From the NCBI GenBank assembly GCA_965235115.1, contig OZ249436.1, positions 5,892,001 to 5,956,000 on the forward strand: a stretch of 64,000 nt of DNA, in the 5' to 3' direction. Under the pieces are notes generated by a model that had not been told where the DNA came from, ran no database searches, and saw only the letters and a list, made by a program, of their open reading frames with translations. Below are positions 50,196-62,490 of this stretch, one piece after another. Numbering within the stretch: position 1 is the first letter of the stretch; each line of letters starts with the position of its first letter. The DNA is from Laetmonice hystrix (taxonomy: Eukaryota). The position numbers were made by a program, and so were the translations under genes.

Positions 50196-53100
50196 ACACA
50201 CAGGGCGTGGTCAGTCGATCCCGTAATTGGCTCTCTGCCTTGCTGGTCAGCTGGGACCATGTCCATAGTTCACAGCAGACTGACCAACACCCCACGGCTT
50301 GACCACCCAGGTGCCACCTAATGGGGTGTGAACTGACCAGCTGGATACGAAGTCCTTGGACATGGACGTTTTGTGTCGTATGGGTGAAGGAAACCCTAGA
50401 TCTCGTCCATGACTCACGTCCAGATTTGGTTCATGCATTAAGACACAGTTGAAGAGCCTCTGCAGGAATGCAAGAAGTAATATAGTGCTGTTCTGTTTAC
50501 GTAGAGAAATCTTTGCCACACTTTCAAGTCCATGGCGTATATCGTTTCCGTCTAATGAAGGCCATATTATTTTCTGACGGCGTGAGGAGTGTGCCTGTTG
50601 TTGTGAGATGCCCCCCGTCCCCTCCCTCTGCCCAGCTTTACCCCGCCCCTCATCAGCCAGCCCCTCTCAACCCAACCCCAACCCCTGGCTAATGAGTGAA
50701 CAAAGGTCAGTTCACATGTGACCTCAGTCCACTGGCACTCACAGGTGACCGCTCGGCCAGGCCCTAATGAGCACGGTGACCAGTGGTCAGTGGTAATGAT
50801 CTCTGCCCTTGGACCACCTGATACCAGCTGGTTCGGATGTCGCATTCACAAACAGACTGTCTCAGCACGGTCTGGGTTTTCCACCCAATATCTTCAAGGC
50901 CGTTTAAAAGACGTAAACAAATTAGACGCGTACATAATACACGAACAACAACCCAGTCTGATACCTTATCTCGTCAGTATCAGTGTGCGAAAAATTGTTT
51001 TTATTTTATGGAATTACTGTTCATATTCTTGAACATTTTTACATTGCATTTGTTTAACCCTGTTATAATAATGTCGGTCACCCAGTGCGGCAATGTTGTA
51101 TTGGATTATTACGGCACTAAACTGTTCATAGGATCCGGCTCGAACACTCCCCTAAATAAAGACTAGTTAATGTAGCAAGCAGACCTTGAGGAGTCCTGCC
51201 AGCAGACACATCATCAGATGAAGGTCAGGGGATTTATTGTGTTTAGTCGTGAGTTAAGATTGTGACCGGTGTAATCTGCTTGTCCAGTCAGCCGACCACA
51301 TCTGGAGGGTAAATGGTGTGATCGGTGGGCAGGAGTGTAGGATCACCTAAAACAGGCTCTCTCCCCGCCAGGGGGCGCCACATTCCTGTCTATCTGGGTA
51401 ATTAGCCGGTCGGTTAATGACAGTGGCGTTGACGGATCCTGTCAGGTCAGTGCCCCGTGGACATGACGTAAAGATACTTGATCGCCATTACCGATGACAC
51501 TCGCGCATCTGGCTTCTAACGGTCAGGTCAGAAAGGTCAAACAAAGGGACCTGATTCTGTTACAGAAAGACTCGGGGTTGAAATCCCCAAACGGGATGTC
51601 TGTCAAGTCTTCAGATATGGAACCACTGGTATGGCCAGTTTTGTGATAGGCTGGTATGTGTATAGCATACACTAAGGTATCACGAGGGTGAATTGCTTCC
51701 AAAATACCCCACACTAAGCCTCTATGTGATATCATTGGGCAGGAGTAGTCAGACATGCCCACTTCCATCAACATTACTATATATGACAGCCACTTAATGA
51801 AGACCAGGCCAACTTCTGAAGTCAGACAGCCATCAGAAGAAACCATTGCATTTAGATATTTCCAGTCTGTGTAGTCGTAGTGTGTGCAGGACCTCCTCAA
51901 GTTGCTAGGCGGTCTGCAGGCCATCAAACGTGTGAGCCGTGTGTAAATAGAGACGCCGGTTGGGGGCCATGGGTAGCAGAGAATACGCTGTCCCCAGCTT
52001 TGAGGCTCAGGTATTTGAGAGCGATGTGGGTGGTATACAGGTGTGTCTGTTCCCGGTATATCTTGTGAAAAAAAGTCGACGCAACATAAAAACAAAGCTA
52101 CCCCAGAGAGTAGACTGACGTCAAATTTGGAGATAATGCCTCAATTAAGATTTTTCTTTTGATGAACACTGCTGGGAATTACTTGACTTTTCTTTCAGCA
52201 TGGAAATTTAGAGAGACAGATCGTGACCCCTCACATCACAATATAGATTTGACAGGATTGACTTGTGTCTTGTTTCCCCATACGGCACGGCTTCCTGTCT
52301 CTCATTTCAAACTGATAAAACTTGAGAGAAAGAAGAACGTTGTAAGCTTTTGAAACGTTGTGATCATTCGATGTGAACTCTACAGCTGCTATGATACGAA
52401 TTGAATGTGACGCCAGCGTGTTTGCCAGTCATCAAGTTGTATACGTGGAGGGGCAGATAGGAATCGTTTAGGACTACGCTCAGGCACAGATAAAGCTATC
52501 TATGGCCATCTGTTTGGCTGGCGCTATATATCCCATGGATAATGGTGGTTGCCCGGGGGCGGCTCACAGTGAAGATAATATAAGCCCTTTCTCCAGCCTG
52601 CTCTTTGATCATGTTATAGTTTATGAACAACCCTGCCATGTGCTAGCGTCAAGCTCCCTGGCCTTGGTGTCTGTTGACAATCTGACGTGCCCCGTCAGAC
52701 TAAGTGTCGTGCTTGTCTGTGGGATGTACACAGCAAGCCACGACGTCCTCAGTCTAACATCCCGGGTCTTGTTATAGCAACCGAGGTGGTATTAGCCGAA
52801 ACAAGACCACCGTATGAGGGAGGGGCCCATGTGGAGATGTCTGAATACATAATAATTACACACCAACTTGCCGCTCGTACATGATGTGCACGAGGTCAGG
52901 AAGTGCATCAGGATCTGGTTTCGACTGTGGTTTATGTCTGGGAGAGAAGAAACTGTCAAGGAAAGCCACACTTATGGTCGAGTTTAATGTGTGTTTTGAG
53001 CATTATTAACACAGCTGTGTATAAACAATACACTGAGATTTATCATCTCGGGCAGGGTTCATTTAGTGTGTAACGTGTCGTGACCCAAACAGATTACATT

Positions 53101-55406
53101 CAAGGTCTGTCCTGAATACTAACCGCTCCCAGAATAATACTCGTGACAACGACCCCAGCAGAATTATTCTCAATTTACTGAGAGGTGGAATTTTAGCTAC
53201 TTGTTAAACTTTCATCTGAACTTTTTTATCAATTCCCGAACGGTGTTTTGTTAAAATGATTACCTCGATAATGATAGTAGTTTAGCAGTAACTGTTTACT
53301 CATTGCTACATGTGTGTCCCGTATTAATTGGTCTAGAATGATGTATGTGACAGGTGAATGGACCTGTAATTACAGACATACACAGATGCCGGATCCATGC
53401 TATACGGGGTCACTCTCTGGGACTCCAGTACCTACAACCTCTGACCTCAGGTCATGAGGTAGCACCCTATGACCTTGCAACATCATGAAGCGATGGCAGC
53501 CATAAATCATGGGCGCGTCGTCGCCAGGTGTCGCTGATGTCTTTGTTCTGCGCATGTGTCAGAACTCTGGCAGCGGGATCCTGTCCGGCTTGTGTTATGT
53601 CACGTCATAGTCGACATGACTTGCATGTTAATGTAACTCGTGTATGTAGCCACACTGACCCTGGTCTATGTCGTATTAAGGTGATCTTCGGGTCAGGCGC
53701 CGGGTGTGAACTGTAGAGTACATGAAGTATAAAGTTATAATGGTAGATGAACATGTCAAACAGTGAAGATTATTCGAGTGTTTTCAACATTTCTTCACCT
53801 CAAATCTGCGTTTAGTTAGTACCAGGAAGGAAGGCAGTAGCTTGTCTGAGAGTCAGGGCACACAACGTCAGACGACTGACAGTTGAGGTGGGATTAACTA
53901 TGAAGAATCTAGTTTTTTCATGCCTTCTTGAGCCAATCCCCCTCTCTCCCCTCACGACAACTGTCCTACCTTACCTACTAGAACGTGATAGCTGTCGTTG
54001 ACTGGCCAGTTCCCCTTTATTGGTGTGCAAATCATCGTGCTTTTTCCCATGTCGTTTTGGCTTGACATGATCTGTGTTCATGTCATGGCGTGTAAGACGG
54101 AGTCGGTCCTGCTTCAAGACACATGTATGTATGTTCATGTAGACGGTGCCAACAACTATACAACCCTTGTCAGCGCCGTAAATTAAGACATATGCCAGAC
54201 TTGGATACCAAGGAATGTTTCATTGCCAGGTTGGCCACAAAGGTGAACAAATGAATGGATGTGCGTAATTGAGGCAGAAAGGTCTGCTGTAGTGGAGAAT
54301 AAACATGTTAACGCCTGGAGGCGTCAGCCGTCATAAGTTCAAGCTGTTTACGTCCAAGTCGTGAACGGGTACAAAAACTTGAGACATGTTTCTCTGTGAA
54401 TATAGAGAGAGGATGACGCACGTTTGTTAAACAGGGACATAGTATGACGGGGGGGGGGGGGGGGTTCATAACGTGGAGAAGGGGTTCAGGGAGGAAGATG
54501 ACTGGAGACAAAACAGGGCCCAGTTCCCATGACACCTCTTGCTTACCGACCCCATCTATCAAAGAAATCCAGGTATGTGACCCTGGAATAAAATGTGAAC
54601 GTACGAATTATAAAGTCTCGTGTTAGGTGTCAAGAAATAGAACTGGTCCTTCTCAAAACTTCTCCAAACTTCTCAAAGATTATAAAAGATTATAGTCAGA
54701 GGGTCATAATTGTCGATTAACTCATCTTTCATCTTAATTATTCTTTCATTTTGTAGGAGACTACTGTATAAAATACGCGGAAAGTTTCGTCCGTTACGCC
54801 ATTCAAATTTCTGGATTGCATCATTGGCGCCTGGTTGGCTTTGTCCCACTTAAAACGTCAGCTTTCAATATTTCATTGGCAATTTACAAGGCAGGGGCTA
54901 CCCGCATTCACCTGTCAACTTTGGAGAGGGAAGATTTCGAGGATAAGGCACGAAACTGAAGGTAAATTGACATGCAGAGAAAAAGCATAGAGCATCACAC
55001 ATTCATTTCGTGACATGTGAAAAGGCACTTAGTGGATTTTTAATGGTCTTATCTGTACATAAATATGTTAAAAGGAGAGGCAGGGACTGTCAGACTGTCG
55101 TATGTTATGTGTCCACTGTTGCGTGTGGCCAGGTTTATATTCAGACCAACGTCTTCTGTTCTGCCTTTTAATGGTGGTGGGGTGTCTGTCACAAGGGGCG
55201 TCAGTCAGTGGGCACTCGTTCTGAAATGTAATCGAGAAACGCAGAGAGACTTGCTAATATCAGTAAATGGCATGATTAATGTGTCGATGAGTTTGTCCAG
55301 TTACAAAAAGAAGGAACAGGTGTTTTTTTACCGAATTATTGACAGGTTCGTTACAGCGTAGTTTTAGTAGGTATAGTCATTGCTAAATGGCATGGCCCCT
55401 TAGTCT

Positions 55407-55518
55407 TTAGCCTACACTAACCCGCTTGTTAGCCACTACACTAACCCGCTTGTTAGTCAGTACACTAACCCGCCGTTAGTCACTACACTAACCCGCCGCT
55501 AGTCACTACACTAACCCG
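55407..55518. repeat. 22-24-bp tandem repeat, ~5 copies
   Basis: Consensus TTAGTCACTACACTAACCCGC(TTG/CG). Confidence 0.88.
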
Positions 55519-56553
55519 ACTGGGACAACTTTGAGACCCCTGGTATGTTATTTGAAAGTGATCAACAGCCGAAGTATGGAAGTACTTCTGTCCATGCTTG
55601 AACACATCCTGTCCATGCTGTCAACACCTGTCCTCGGAAGGCACTTAACTGTCCATAGCAGGGAGTCATCTGCCATATGATATCCACAAACGGTGCAAAT
55701 CAGCTGCACGTTCGGATAGAAAAAGGGCCATTGGGAGGCGGCGGAGGGCTTGCATATACAAGTGGTGTTTTCCATGGCGGTACATGTAAACGGAGGTTGA
55801 GCGTGGCGGGCGCCGCGTTGGGTGGTCGGGAGTACCTGTGGGCGGGTAATGACACGGGATGACTACCACATGGCCCTGATCCGGCCTACCTGTGGACCTG
55901 ATGCGGGCCGTATGTCGGCGCCCTATGGGCCAGCAGTGGCTCGGCCCGGCTCCTGCCCGGCTCTGGTCCGGTTCATGCCCAGTAGCCGGCCTGCAGCCTC
56001 CAGCAGGCCGGCCTGCAGCCTCCAGCAGGCCAACTCACCACGGGCACCAGGAGACATGAAGAGAACTGTACTAGGAGGAAATGGATACAAGTTTCCAGGG
56101 ATGAACATACGAAACCAACAAAATGGGAAACAGTTGAAACTAAAAACATAGCTCTCAGATAGGGGAGGTCTTTGGCGGATGGCAAGCAGATTTTTAAGAC
56201 AGAAGATTGAATGGTTTCCCACACCAAAACTTTCATCTTATTTGTCTGTCATAACCGGAAGATAAATCCTGGTTCATGCGCATGGAATCCTAACTTTGAT
56301 GCTGAAACATGACCCTAACCCTGGGCGCTGGATGGCGGCGTTGATGAGTGTACATCCGTACCCTGTCTGATCTGTCAATCACAGCGATGTCAAATATAGA
56401 CATTGAAACTCTAGACGGAGCACACTGCACCATATAGATGTTACTTTAGAGGTTCTTCTGGTTACCATGAGAACAGATGTAGATGGACAGAGCTGTGAAT
56501 AAGAGGCCAAGATATGAGTTTGAAATGGGTCTCAAACCCACTCTAGGTCCATT

Positions 56554-56634
56554 AGTCCGACAGCCCAATAGTCCGACAGCCCACTTTGGCGTAAAACCAA
56601 ATTTAACTAACCCTAAACCTAACCTTAACTCTAA
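56554..56634. mobile_element. Possible fragment of a non-autonomous Helitron/Helentron-type element
   Basis: Duplicated AGTCCGACAGCCCA followed by a degenerate (CTAACC)n run. This arrangement resembles, from memory, rolling-circle element remnants in invertebrates. Termini not seen. Confidence 0.25.
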
Positions 56635-59600
56635 GCCATAGGGTATTGGTTTGTCGGTCCCTCCCCCTCAAAACCAGTCCGTGCAGCGTGTGAACTCCTG
56701 AAGGTCCTGAGCGTGGTGTTTGTAGCCTTCACTTAGCGGATTTACTGTTCCTGTATCTCAGTATGTGACCGGTTCACAGACCGGTTCGTATCCGTCACAA
56801 TTAATAACAGTCCGTCTCTTATCGTTAACCTTGACAGCACAGGAGTAGGCTTGCATCGTATTTCGAGATCTATTTCGTTGTGATATAAAGCAATGAGGGT
56901 CTGCCTGGTGCTATGGTGCATCCAGTGGTTGCAAGGCCTCAACCTCTCTCCGCTAGGCGGGCACAGTACCTGAGGGCTGGATAGGCCCAGTCACATCTGG
57001 GGAATGGGTCAGCTGTTCTTGTACAGATGTCTCTCAGACCAGGGCAGACCAGCCACACCCAACCTGACAGATATCTAGTGTCTGAACTTAACCCAGATTA
57101 ACAGCATCAGGATGAGGAGATCAGTGTATGCTTGTAGAACATAGCGGTAATAATAAACAAGGAGATAAGCCGGTTTCCGCAGGCAGTGTGGGATCAGGTG
57201 GAGCGTTTCTTTCAACAAAAGCTCCCGTTATCGTTTGATATCAGGTACAAGGTGGAATGAAGCAGTGATAAGATTTCGACTGGTTGGGACTCAATTAATT
57301 GTAATGTAAGATGCAGCTGTTGAAAACAGCTAGGTCTTACATTACAGCATATATTTATTGCCTGTCCAGACATATATTTGTAGATGATTTGCTGTCAAAA
57401 TTGACAAGCAACATTCTTCATATTTGTGAGCAGACATTTCTGTGTGATATCTGGAAAAAATAATGGATTCTCTGAGAGGAGAATTGGATGTTTTTGGTTT
57501 GATTGATGGGAGTGTAGCATTGACCCGAAGCTCCAGATAAGGGCCTGACTACAGCGTCTGACACAGGATGAAGATAACTAGACTAGCCACACGCACTCTG
57601 TGCATGCCATACATCTCAGCAGGTCAAACAGCGGGCCTGATACATATCTCATATCACAAGATTCTACCAATGTAGATCTTAAAACCTCGGTGGGCTGGCT
57701 GGAATTTCGTGCCCTGAGGCTGGGGCAGACCTTAGAGGGCCCGGCCGGCACCGTGTCTGGCACCGGGACTGGCCACGTGAGCTATCACTGGTCGGGCGGG
57801 GTGCACAGGGTGAGGATGACACCCACTGGCAGCTGGCAGAGCGCGTGCGTGCCAAGGTCACCGACCAACACAAGTTGAGTGACAGTTGAGGAAGGCCATT
57901 GGTGGATCGTTGACTTGCCAGACACATACCTGGTGAACAATCAGCATGGACGAGCCATCCCGTAATGACAGCTTCCAAAAGGCAAGTCTCCCAGGGACCA
58001 GAGACTGAACAGACTGGCCTGTGCCTGGGGGAAATGTTGTCGGTGTCACAGGCTGTCGATGATCTGGGCAGGTCATATCGGGACCATAAGGACAGGGAGT
58101 CTACCCACGGCCACCAGAGCCCTTGTAACCGGGGATGAGGAGAAGAAATCGCCCAGATGTGACGGCCAACCGCTGGGTGCCTGCACAACACGACCTCTGC
58201 CTTTTGTCCCTACGCGCCACTTCTGATTGAGATCTCAGTTGTCCTCCGTCAACAGATCACTGTCCAGATGTTTGACATGTGTTCAAAGAATCTGTAAATC
58301 ATCAGAAATTACCCCAGCGCTCGGATGGTCCTGTCTGAGGCCATGGCAGCAGGCTGCAGCCCAACTCGCACTGGGTGGTATTTTGTATTGGCCAGGCGTC
58401 CCTGTACCAGACGCAATAATCACCATCATTGGCCAGCCTTCAAATGTGCCATTTGTATGGCTATTATTTCTTCCATTACCAGTAACTGTCATCTTGATGA
58501 ATTGTTGCTACCCCATGCCAAGAGCAAACAAGGAGCTGCCAAGTCTTTGACGGACATGTCAGTTTTCTGATGTTGATGCAAGGCTCTCACACAAAGAGTC
58601 ACACTATCTGTAATGGAATCTTACAGAGGTGTGGTCAGGAGCCGGCCCTACTGCTCAGCCAAAGTGGCAGGGAGACACAAAAAATGGCACAGTCACCTGC
58701 AGGAGAGCGATGTAGGACGTCAAACACCTGTCCATGCCCATCACACCAGACAGCCACCAACGCGAAGCTTCGAAGAAAAAAAATCCCGCACAACTTGTGC
58801 CACTGGCCAATCAGAGAGACATCAATCGTGTTGCAGCAGACTCTTTCATTTGTTGATGGGGAAGGCTACAGGGTGGGGCTAGGACACATGATTGGCGCAT
58901 TCATCATGGAGGCAAAGTACATGTTGTCAGTAGTTGTAACAAATGGGGGACGTAGTGCAGGCTGAGGGTCAGGGAGGGGCAGCTCTACCTGCCTATTGAC
59001 GATGCCTAACAGGTCCATGTAACAAACTTTGTGAAGACTGTCATAGTGAATAGGAAAAAGTTCTCTACAGCTGAAAGATAGAGACAGACAAATTGACACT
59101 CCAGTAGGAGTTCAGACAGCTGTTCCATTACATACATGTCCCATTATATATCTGTCACATAGACATAACTAGCCCCTTATTTCATTTTCGTAAAAAAACA
59201 CATGGTAAACATGGGTTGTATCTGGAAATTTGTTGTACAAATGATATATAAAGATGTGGTTTTAGACCGTGAACCTTTGACTTTGTCTTATTTTCGACTC
59301 TATTTTTGGTCTACTCTGATATACACGAGTATTGTTGGCAAATACATCGGCAAAATAATTACACAACGTTGGACTCTATGCAAGTCGTTTTTCAACCTTC
59401 TTGAAATCAGAGACATCTCTGTAATTAAATTAATTTTAGAAGTTACCATTTAGAAGTACATGTACTCATAATGTTGTTAGGCTCTGTTTCTCATCTCGCC
59501 AGTTAATTTCAGACATGTTTTAAAGGAGGTTCCAGCAATATCTTTGTTGGCCATAAGTGGGATGAGAGTGTAAATGTTTACAGATAAATTATTTGATAAT

Positions 59601-61169
59601 GAATATCTTGTTAGCATAAAGAAAAAGAGAGGAAATGGTTTTTCACAAAGCTACTCTCAGTTTTGCCCTTGATTTTGACTTTCCCCTTCACACCTCTTGA
59701 TCCCATACACATAAGTACATACAGATATTATTTAACTGATAAAATCCCTTTGTACTGCTGTATTTCAAAGTGGTCCGTTATCACCAGGTGTCGGTGTAGT
59801 GGTTTAAGGTGGCGCCCTTGAGGTCCACCTTGGGAGAAAACCTCTCTGATCACCTTTGTCATGTCTGCAACAACATATTTATGATCACAGATTAACTGTA
59901 CCCCTGCTACTTATCGCTATGCTTTGACACCCTTCTGATTAGACAAGATTTATGTTGGCACCAATTTAAATGTCACCAGCAGTTTTTGTGCAGATGATCG
60001 CATGAGAAGCCAATCTACTATGGTAGCCTTTAACCTAGGATGTCAGGAGAGCAATTTATGACTTTGGAAATTGAAATAGGTGAGGAAACGTTAGGTGCGA
60101 GGCGCTGTACAAAGCAAACGCTGTGGCTGGTTTGAAGTGGTCCGGTTTGACATTTGTCAGTCGATGATTGAGTTATGACAGCTCCTTGAGGAACACCCTT
60201 AACTTGTTAATCATTAAATTGGGCCTTCATTCCCATGCCGTGCTGGCATACTTTCCCAATTGCTAATGTCAACAGAAATTTCTCTTTTGAGAGATGTAAC
60301 AACAACGCCGTGGGAGGCTCAATGATATGTTTTCATATAATCTCTTCATGGATATCAACAAGGCCTTCATCTTCGCAACAGGCAGACATCGGAAACCAAG
60401 AAATTCCCTTACCGGTCTTTCCTCTGGTCCGCTGGCACCCATGGGAGCCAGCAGTCTATCTGAACGTCACCTGTGTAAACTTTAGCGGCCTCTGATGTGC
60501 TAACATGAAAGCGTCAAGGAAACACTCCGAGAGAACAAACTTTACTTTAGAGACTTTCATCCTGGGGTACTTGTCCCGCAAGATGAGTCTACTTCAGTGT
60601 AGCGTCCTGGGACCGAGCCACGCCGCTGTCAGATACAATGCTTTACGTCTATCAGCTCTAGACATATCCTAATAACAGTCTGTCTTTGAAGGTGATAACT
60701 CCCTCTTGATCCTGACAACACAGTCATGTGGTGCACTTATCCATCGCTGGGATCAAATGGTCAGGTGGCAGGCACACCTGTGGGTTGTGCTTGGCGTTAA
60801 CAAATAGCTATTGTCGATGACAGACTTGTGTCTCTAAGGTGATAGTGTTGTCAGGTGGTGGCAACCCTCGGGTGGCTCCCTGGACCCTCCAGGGCGGGAC
60901 ATGTCTCTGTGTGCTCGGGTTGTGTACTCCTTGCTGCCCAACGCTGAAATGTGCCCTGTGAAAGTACACATACTGGTGACTTAGTAAATGAAGGCTTATC
61001 GTGGCCGTCATGTGTGCTAATATCTTGACGATACCTGCTTTATTCATGCAAAATCAATAATTACCCTGGTATGTTTCTGTTACAATCATGTCTATTAAAA
61101 TGGGAATGGTTTTTATTTTGCCTTCTGCAAAATTAGGCCAGGTACTCGCTGCTGCTCCGGAGCAACTTC

Positions 61170-61230
61170 ACCAGGGGTAATCTCCTGGCCGAGGTTACTC
61201 GGCCGCCCATCCTCAGTGTGAACCAGCCCT
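61170..61230. mobile_element. Possible solo Harbinger-like terminus
   Basis: GTGTGAACCAGCCCT|TAA at 61216-61233, preceded by two short palindromes (CCAGGGG...CTCCTGG and GGCCGAG...CTCGGCC). The partner end was not found. Confidence 0.3.
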
Positions 61231-61336
61231 TAATATCAGTGAAGTGTTACAGTTCGGAAAGTTAGTGAAAGGCAATTACAGGCATCATGGATATATATTA
61301 TAATATTTGCCGGTACTCTGAAGAAGAGTAGTACAA

Positions 61337-61639
61337 ATTGAATGAGACGTGGGGTTGATCATGCTTTGTCTCGCTTTGTTTATTGTTTACCTCCTGTAGG
61401 ACTGAAGCTTATGACGGTGTGGCTTCCTGCTGCTGTCCGGTAGAATCGTGGCTTGCTCTCTCTGTGACCAGACTGACGCCCATTCATTGAATGAGACGTG
61501 GGGTTGATCATGCTATGTCTCGCTTTGTTTATTGTTTACCTTCTGTAGGACTGAAGCCTATGACGGTGTGGCTTCCTGCTGCTGTCCGGTACGATCGTGG
61601 CTTGCTCTCTCCTTGACCAGACTGACGCCCATTCATTGA
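61337..61639. repeat. 149-bp direct tandem duplication (2 copies)
   Basis: ATTGAATGAGACGTGGGG...GACGCCCATTC starts at 61337 and again at 61486, with few differences. ATTGA microhomology at all three junctions. Confidence 0.95.
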
Positions 61640-62432
61640 TCTTTCCAATTTATCCCAAATATTATTGTCATCTCAATATCCTCTCCCTGACAGATTATTG
61701 ACAGCCACTTGTCAAGGCGATAACCAAGTTTGTCAGCGCCAGTGGATTATTAACACGGCCATCACAGACGTACTGCCAGAACATGCTCTAATTTGCCACC
61801 TCCCATTCCGGTCATGTTAGGCTGGTCGGAGGTGGTCGTCAACATGGTGTAATGATGTTTGAGGTTGGCTGTGTAAACCAGATTCAATTCAGGGTCTGTT
61901 GGTGGGGCAGGGAGGGAAACCTCCAGAAGTTGATGAGCTCCGCTAGGGCCGCCTCAACCTGGTTATATGTGCTGCTGATGAGTGACATTTACAGATGGAA
62001 TCTGTGATGAGGAGGCGGCCAGCACCGCGCGTTCTCGGGGTGTACTATCGATCCAGGATGTGGGCAACCGTCTGTGGTGTCATTGGAGTCTCGAGAGGAG
62101 GATTAAAAGGCTAAAGGCAGCATTCAGCACACCCTGGTTAACCCAAAGTACAAATTTAATTACCCCATTGCAAACATTGATCCAGCCAGGAGATCAGTTA
62201 GCCAACTGCTTGCACTGGGAGATGAAAAACAAGCTCGCCGTTATTGACAGGAGGTGTAGTTTGTAGCTGATCCCGAGGTATTTTTTAATTACGTAGCGTG
62301 GGTACATTGTACATACAAGACACCGTCTTTTTTTGTCTGTCAGACTGAATTGAAAGGGTATCTTTGAAGGATATTATGGAATGGTTTTATAAGCACTGTT
62401 CAGGGTTCAGTTCTGTTGGGGCTGGATGTACG

Positions 62433-62490
62433 GGGGTGTGGGTGGGTGGGGGGTGGGTGGGTGGGTGGGTGGGGAGGGGTAGGTGGTGGT
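62433..62490 (+). repeat. (GGGT)n G-rich tract, G-quadruplex-capable
   Basis: More than eight G3+ runs with 1-3 nt loops. Confidence 0.8.

Noticed and set aside
51523..52095. 190-aa minus-strand ORF, the longest outside the arrays
   Set aside because: Non-ATG start, no recognisable motif and no clear splice signals. A BLASTX hit or RNA-seq coverage would be needed to revive it.
56359..56380. TACCCTGT (miR-10 family seed), of interest given the Hox/TALE motifs
   Set aside because: Diverges from miR-10 after the first 8 nt and no hairpin partner is evident.
59787..59835. tRNA/SINE-like A-box (GGTGTAGTGGTTTAAG)
   Set aside because: No B-box (GTTCRA) and no cloverleaf.
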